Source: Chloroflexota bacterium (GTDB lineage: Bacteria; Chloroflexota; Limnocylindria; Limnocylindrales; Limnocylindraceae). Taken from it: a DNA stretch of 39,032 bases. Both the position numbers and the translations under genes were made by a program. Below, piece after piece: positions 34,243-39,032 of this stretch; the first letter of the stretch is position 1, and each line of letters opens with the position of its first letter. The notes below the pieces were generated by a model. That model did no database searches. It saw nothing but the letters and a program-made list of their open reading frames with translations, and was not told where the DNA came from. Location: positions 4,591 through 43,622 of the forward strand of contig JBEDBF010000003.1 in assembly GCA_041177405.1 (NCBI GenBank), written 5' to 3'.

Positions 34243-35345
34243 CCGCGCCTCGCGAGTCGAAGCAGGATCTCCGCAATATTCTGTGCAGCCTCTGGTTGGG
34301 CAAGCGACGCGGCCGCCGCTCCGACTCGCTGCCGCACTGAAGCAGAAGCGAGCTGGGCAACTTCTCTCTGCAGTAACTCCGGGGTGAGCGCTCCATCATC
34401 TACGACGATCGCCCCGCCAACAGCGGCAAGCTCCCGGGCATTTGCGCGTTGATGCCCGCCCGCGTACGGATACGGCACGATGATAGAGGGGAGACCGAGC
34501 GCCGCCGCCTCCGCAAGTGTCGACGCGCCAGCGCGACCGAGGAGCAGATCTGCCGAAACGAGTGCATCCTCCATCGCGCCGCCCTGAAGGAAGGGGACGG
34601 GCAGATAACGCGTTCGCAGCGCATCAGGAAGCGCGGCGCGCATCGCCTCGGCACGATCGAGTCCGTCAGCTGCCACATGCAGCACCTGCCAACCGCGCAG
34701 CAACTCCGGAAGAGATCCTGCAAGGGCGCTCTCAAATCGCATCACACGCTGTGAGCCTCCAAAGACAAGCAGCAGTGGAGCATCTGGAAGTAGGCCGAGG
34801 CGAGCGCGAGCCGCGTTTCGGTCGCGCCCCTCGAAACTACGGACTGGTGTGCCGGTCACAAACGTATCTGGACGGTTCCACGGCGAGCGCGCTGCGGTGG
34901 ACGTCCACGCCACAGCACGCGCAGAGGCGAGTGGCGCGACCAAGCGATTGCTCCTCCCCGCCTGCACGTTTCCCTCCCAGATCAGGCTCGGTGTTCGTGT
35001 CACAGCCGCTGCAATCAGCGCAGGGATCGCGATGTAACCGCCCGTTGAGAAGAGCACATCGGGTCGAACTCGCCGCAGGTAGCGGATCGCTTGTGGAATT
35101 GAGCGAGCGAGTGCAACGGCATCGCGCAGACTCGCGAGGAGACCGCCCGCGCTGACTCGCAGGCTCGGTGCTGCGAGCAGCGACAACGGATAGCCCTCGA
35201 GGGGGAGGAGGTCGCGCTCAATCCCGCGCTGGCCGCCGAGCCAGTGGATTTCAGCGTCTGGTCGTTGACGTTGGAGCGTACGAGCTACGGCGAACCCCGG
35301 AAAGAGGTGCCCCCCCGTACCGCCGCCCGCGATCACCACGCGCAT
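34239..35345 (-). CDS. murG: UDP-N-acetylglucosamine--N-acetylmuramyl-(pentapeptide) pyrophosphoryl-undecaprenol GlcNAc transferase
   Basis: MRVVIAGGGTGGHLFPG is the hallmark N-terminus. I chose the start at ATG 35343-35345, preceded by GGAGGG with 4-nt spacing. The ORF-track start at GTG 35411 adds 22 residues with no support. Confidence 0.92.
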   Translation of the reverse strand: MRVVIAGGGTGGHLFPGFAVARTLQRQRPDAEIHWLGGQRGIERDLLPLEGYPLSLLAAPSLRVSAGGLLASLRDAVALARSIPQAIRYLRRVRPDVLFSTGGYIAIPALIAAAVTRTPSLIWEGNVQAGRSNRLVAPLASARAVAWTSTAARSPWNRPDTFVTGTPVRSFEGRDRNAARARLGLLPDAPLLLVFGGSQRVMRFESALAGSLPELLRGWQVLHVAADGLDRAEAMRAALPDALRTRYLPVPFLQGGAMEDALVSADLLLGRAGASTLAEAAALGLPSIIVPYPYAGGHQRANARELAAVGGAIVVDDGALTPELLQREVAQLASASVRQRVGAAAASLAQPEAAQNIAEILLRLARRG

Positions 35346-36567
35346 TGGTCCCTCCGATCTCTTGAGCCCCCATCGTCTCACGCGAGACCGAGAGGAGCAG
35401 TCCAATGGCACACATCAAGACGAAGAGTGACGAACCGCCCTGCGAGAGCAGCGGGAGCGGAATCCCTGTCACGGGTAGGATCGCGAGCACGACACCAATG
35501 TTCAAGAACGCCTGACCACAGATCCAGACCACAATCCCTGTTGCCAGGAGCGCCCCGAACGTGTCCGGCGCTCGTCGCGCCACGCGTAGCCCGCGAATGG
35601 CGATCACAACAAAGGCGCCGATGACGACCGCTGCGCCGATGAAGCCAAACTCTTCGCCGACGACCGCAAAGATGTAGTCATTCCACGCGTATGGAATGAT
35701 CACGCCGCCCGGCTGTTGTGACGTCCCGATCCCCGTGCCGAACACTCCGCCAGCGGCAATGGCGATCAGTCCCTGCAGCGTCTGATACGAACCCCCAGTC
35801 GGATCGCTGAATGGATCCAACCAATTGGTGAGTCGCGCCGCTTGGTAACTACGATTCGAGATCCCAATCACGCTAACCGCAACCGCCATCAGCGCCGTGC
35901 CGAAGACCCAACGTAACGGCGCCCCTGCTGTGAAGAAGAGGGCAAAGCCGATCCCAGCAACCACAGTTGCCGTCCCGAGATCTGGCGCTTCAAGGACGAG
36001 GAGGAATGTTCCGCCGATCGCGAGCAGGGCTGGGTAGAGCGTCTCCCGCTGCGCGATGAGGTGGCCACGATTCGCAAAGAAGTGGGCGAGGAAGAGGATG
36101 AGCGCGAGCTTCCCAAGCTCCGCGGCATGGATGCTGATCGGGCCGACTGAGAGTGATCTTCGCAATCCCTGCTCCGTTGGCACGCCTGGAATCAGCACCA
36201 CGATGAGCAGCGCAATTGAGGCAACGAAGATTGGAGTTGCGAGTGGTCGCCACCGCCGGTAGTCAGTGCTAGAGAGGATCGTCAGGGCCCCAATCCCCAT
36301 CCCAGCGAACAGCATCTGACGCACCCCCATGCTGTACGCATCATCGGTACTAATCAAAGAGTTCAGTGCCGATGATGAGAAGACCATGAGAACACCAAGC
36401 CCAATGAGGAGCAGCGCCGGAAGAAGGATCCACTGATCCTCAGGTGGTCGCTTCACCTGCAAGATCGAAGCGACAGCCCGACGTGGCGAGAAGCTTCGGC
36501 GATGCTTCGATGCGAGGCGTGCGCCGCCCACCGGTGTACCGGCGACCCGGCGGACGATGCGACTCAT
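35251..36567 (-). CDS. ftsW: SEDS-family peptidoglycan glycosyltransferase FtsW
   Basis: 438-aa polytopic membrane ORF with the SEDS C-terminal motif TGIPLPLLSQGGSSL. It lies between murD and murG, with an ATGA-type overlap at the murD stop. Its 3' tail overlaps murG by 95 nt out of frame. Confidence 0.9.
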   Translation of the reverse strand: MSRIVRRVAGTPVGGARLASKHRRSFSPRRAVASILQVKRPPEDQWILLPALLLIGLGVLMVFSSSALNSLISTDDAYSMGVRQMLFAGMGIGALTILSSTDYRRWRPLATPIFVASIALLIVVLIPGVPTEQGLRRSLSVGPISIHAAELGKLALILFLAHFFANRGHLIAQRETLYPALLAIGGTFLLVLEAPDLGTATVVAGIGFALFFTAGAPLRWVFGTALMAVAVSVIGISNRSYQAARLTNWLDPFSDPTGGSYQTLQGLIAIAAGGVFGTGIGTSQQPGGVIIPYAWNDYIFAVVGEEFGFIGAAVVIGAFVVIAIRGLRVARRAPDTFGALLATGIVVWICGQAFLNIGVVLAILPVTGIPLPLLSQGGSSLFVLMCAIGLLLSVSRETMGAQEIGGTNARGDRGRRYGGAPLSGVRRSSYAPTSTTRR

Positions 36568-38150
36568 CGTCGCACCGTCGCGGGGAGTGCGTGCACCGCC
36601 TCGCGGAACGCCTCGCCTCGCGCGCCGAACGGATTGTTGAACATGTCAAACGAAGATCCGATCGGACTGAGGAGCACGGTGGCGCGCGCCTCGCTCTCGT
36701 GCAGCGCTGGGAGAGTGCCAACGCTGGCGCTGGAGAGCACCTTGCGTGCAAGCGCCCCTCCGCGCACGACCGCATCGGGAATGCTTGACGCGCGGTCGAT
36801 CTCGGTCAGGCCAGCCGCTCGGAAGAGCCCCTCAAGCTCATCTGCGAGCTCGCCGAAGAGCACGGCTCCGCTGCACTGTCGCGCAACTATCGGTGCAAGT
36901 TCGCGAAGGTCGAGACCCTTACTGCGGCCACCAGCAAGCAGAATCAACGGCTTGCGAAAGCTTGAGACGGCAGCGGCAACCGCATCGGGTTGAGTCGCCT
37001 GCGCATCATTCACGTAGCGAATCCCATCAAGGACCGCGATCGTTTCGAGACGGTGTGGAACTCCTCGGAAGGCAGCAACAGCCGTGCGAATGGCGTCAGG
37101 TGCGATCCCGGCAACGAGGCCCACACTCACGGCCGCGAGCACGTTGCTGATGCTGTGATCGCCAGGTAGTGCAATCTCGTCCAGAGGGAGGATCCGCCCG
37201 CCAGGTCCTGTGGCCGCCGTTCCGCCGCCGCATCGGACTGAACGGGGAACCCCCGCCGCAACGATCCAGCCATCGACCACGCCGACACCTCCGGGGACTG
37301 GTCGCTCTCTGCGGTACCCGATCGTGGTGACGCGACCGATCCCAGCCAACGCAGCGGTCACGGGGTCATCGAGATTGACGATGAGAAGTCCCCCGTCAAC
37401 AACGCGGTCGGCCAAGATGCGCTTCACCTTTCGGTAGCCATCAACCGTACCGTGACGATCCAGGTGATCGACGGTGATGTTGGTGTAGACCGCAACATCA
37501 AGGCTGCTGTACAGAGATGGCAGTTGCAGTTCGGAGAGCTCAAGAACGACGCGTGCGTCAGGAGAGAGTTCCATCGCCTTCTCGATGAGAGGCGCCCCAT
37601 TGTTTCCACCCAGGACCGCGGCGTGCACCGTGTCAGTGGCGAGAATCTGCGCGATCAGGTTGCTCGTCGTGGTTTTCCCTTTCGTCCCCGTGATCCCAAC
37701 ACGCCAACGTCTCCCCAACAGGCGCGCCGTCCACTCGGGCTCACTGATGAGAATCGGACCGCGAGTCGAGGGGTCTGCCGTCAGGCGAATCGCTTGCCCG
37801 GCATACTCCTGCAGCGGGCCTGCGACCTGCTTCTTGACCGTCGGAAAGCCGAGCGTCACAGATGGGCTGTGCACGACGAGGTCTGCCGTTGCGAGTAACG
37901 GGGTGAGATCCTCCGCTGCGCCGAAAGCGAGCGCGACACTTCCGTCCCTAAATCGCTCAACTGCCGCGGTGAGCGTGCTCGCTTCCGCACTGTCGTGGAG
38001 CGTGACGCGTGCTCCATATTGTGCAGCGAATGAGGCGACCGCCTGCCCTGTGCGTCCGGCGCCGAGAACGACCACATTCGCATTGCGAAGGCTTCCGTTG
38101 GCAACTGCGCCAGGTTCGAGATCAGCAAGGGAGAGTGCAGTCCCCACCAC
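36564..38150 (-). CDS. murD: UDP-N-acetylmuramoylalanine--D-glutamate ligase
   Basis: 528-aa ORF with an N-terminal Rossmann-like VVVLGAGRTG, the Mur-ligase P-loop GITGTKGKTTT and NDAQATQPDA (compare NDSKATN). It lies between mraY and ftsW. It is longer than the usual ~440-490 aa, and the true start may be internal. Confidence 0.88.
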   Translation of the reverse strand: MVGTALSLADLEPGAVANGSLRNANVVVLGAGRTGQAVASFAAQYGARVTLHDSAEASTLTAAVERFRDGSVALAFGAAEDLTPLLATADLVVHSPSVTLGFPTVKKQVAGPLQEYAGQAIRLTADPSTRGPILISEPEWTARLLGRRWRVGITGTKGKTTTSNLIAQILATDTVHAAVLGGNNGAPLIEKAMELSPDARVVLELSELQLPSLYSSLDVAVYTNITVDHLDRHGTVDGYRKVKRILADRVVDGGLLIVNLDDPVTAALAGIGRVTTIGYRRERPVPGGVGVVDGWIVAAGVPRSVRCGGGTAATGPGGRILPLDEIALPGDHSISNVLAAVSVGLVAGIAPDAIRTAVAAFRGVPHRLETIAVLDGIRYVNDAQATQPDAVAAAVSSFRKPLILLAGGRSKGLDLRELAPIVARQCSGAVLFGELADELEGLFRAAGLTEIDRASSIPDAVVRGGALARKVLSSASVGTLPALHESEARATVLLSPIGSSFDMFNNPFGARGEAFREAVHALPATVRR

Positions 38151-39032
38151 TACGCCCCTACGCCGCGTGTAGCGAGGAACGTGACGATGCCGAGAATCCC
38201 ACCGATCGCGCCGATCACCCAGAAGCGGAAGGTGATCTGTGTCTCTGCCCAGCCGAGACGCTCAAAGTGATGATGGATTGGTGTGAAGAGGAAGATGCGG
38301 CGCCCGGTGAGCTTCATGCTCGCAACCTGCAAGATCACCGAACCCGTCTCCACCACGAAGATGATCCCGATGAGCGGAAGGAGGAGGATGTGTCCGGTGA
38401 CCAACCCGGTCACTGCGAGTGCCGCTCCGAACCCAAGAGCTCCCGAGTCACCAATGATCACGCTCGCCGGATGGATGTTGAACCAGAGGAAACCGATGAG
38501 TGCCCCTGCGACGAGCGCGCAAAGGATCGCAACGTTCAGTTGACCAGGGGCGTTCAAGAGTGCAATCACCATGTAACTGATCCAGGCGAAGACCATGGTG
38601 CCACCGGAGAGGCCATCAAGCCCGTCCGTCAGGTTCACACCGTTGCTCGTGGAGACGATCGCAACGATCGCCACGGCAATCCATAGTGCTGGAGCAATCG
38701 GCACCTCGCCAACGAAGGGGACGACCAGCGAGGCGAATGCGAAGTGCTGTTGAATGTAGATCGCGGAGATCACGGAGACACCGATCTGCCAGAGCAGCTT
38801 CTGTCGCGCTGAGATTCCGATCCCCGTCCGCGCATTGAGCCAGTCATCGAAGGCGCCGACAAGCGAGACGCCGAGCAGGGCGAGCAGGATCGCGTATGTG
38901 GATGCATCTACTGCGTCGAGAAGGAGGGCGAGTGAGATCACCACACCGACAAGCAGGAGTCCGCCCATGGTGGGGGTCCCCTCTTTCACGATGTGCCAAT
39001 CTGGCCCGAACTCTCGGCGGACGCGTTTTCCG
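38150..39032 (-). CDS. mraY: Phospho-N-acetylmuramoyl-pentapeptide transferase MraY; the 5' end lies beyond the right edge of the window
   Basis: The frame stays open upstream of the ORF-track start. The last 43 nt translate to GKRVRREFGPDWHIVKEGTPTMGG, which contains the conserved GTPTMGG motif. It is a polytopic membrane protein. Its stop overlaps the murD GTG by 1 nt. Confidence 0.93.
   Translation of the reverse strand, partial: GKRVRREFGPDWHIVKEGTPTMGGLLLVGVVISLALLLDAVDASTYAILLALLGVSLVGAFDDWLNARTGIGISARQKLLWQIGVSVISAIYIQQHFAFASLVVPFVGEVPIAPALWIAVAIVAIVSTSNGVNLTDGLDGLSGGTMVFAWISYMVIALLNAPGQLNVAILCALVAGALIGFLWFNIHPASVIIGDSGALGFGAALAVTGLVTGHILLLPLIGIIFVVETGSVILQVASMKLTGRRIFLFTPIHHHFERLGWAETQITFRFWVIGAIGGILGIVTFLATRGVGA

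Overview
This 39-kb window is a high-GC bacterial chromosomal segment, roughly 60-65% GC from hand-counted lines with local dips to about 50%. It consists almost entirely of conserved housekeeping genes. 31 of 34 CDS lie on the minus strand, packed tightly with many 1-4 nt stop/start overlaps. Read right to left on the minus strand, the blocks are:
- mraY (partial)-murD-ftsW-murG-murB-ddl-ftsQ-ftsA-ftsZ-yggS (frameshifted)-yggT-tRNA-Val(CAC)
- acnA (+)
- nudix-gcvT-gcvH-orphan solute-binding lipoprotein-nadE-rsmI
- an ssb-like gene (+)
- metG-tatD
- CIRCE-groES-groEL-terminator
- pcrA-ligA-gatC-gatA-aminotransferase-gatB-small membrane protein
- a CoA-binding protein (+)
- dnaE (partial, running off the left edge)

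Several blocks mirror Bacillus-type synteny, and ftsA is present. I read the source as a high-GC Terrabacteria-like lineage (Chloroflexota-like or similar) but cannot assign it from sequence alone.

I found no transposase, integrase, CRISPR array, prophage, toxin-antitoxin or defence-like genes, and no convincing novel multi-gene system. This looks like an ordinary core region. The observations most worth a second look are:
1. A perfect 22-bp tandem duplication that frameshifts yggS/ylmE.
2. A MetRS whose HIGH and TDEHG motifs have lost their histidines (GLHT, TDEYS).
3. Three start codons preceded by TAGNNT exactly 6 nt upstream with no Shine-Dalgarno sequence, which is leaderless-mRNA geometry. 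Two of them share a 33-bp divergent gap.
4. An aminotransferase translationally coupled inside the gatCAB operon.
5. An orphan family-5 solute-binding lipoprotein with an apparent ~125-aa insertion, embedded between gcvH and nadE.

All functional calls come from reading the translated ORFs by eye. No database search was run.
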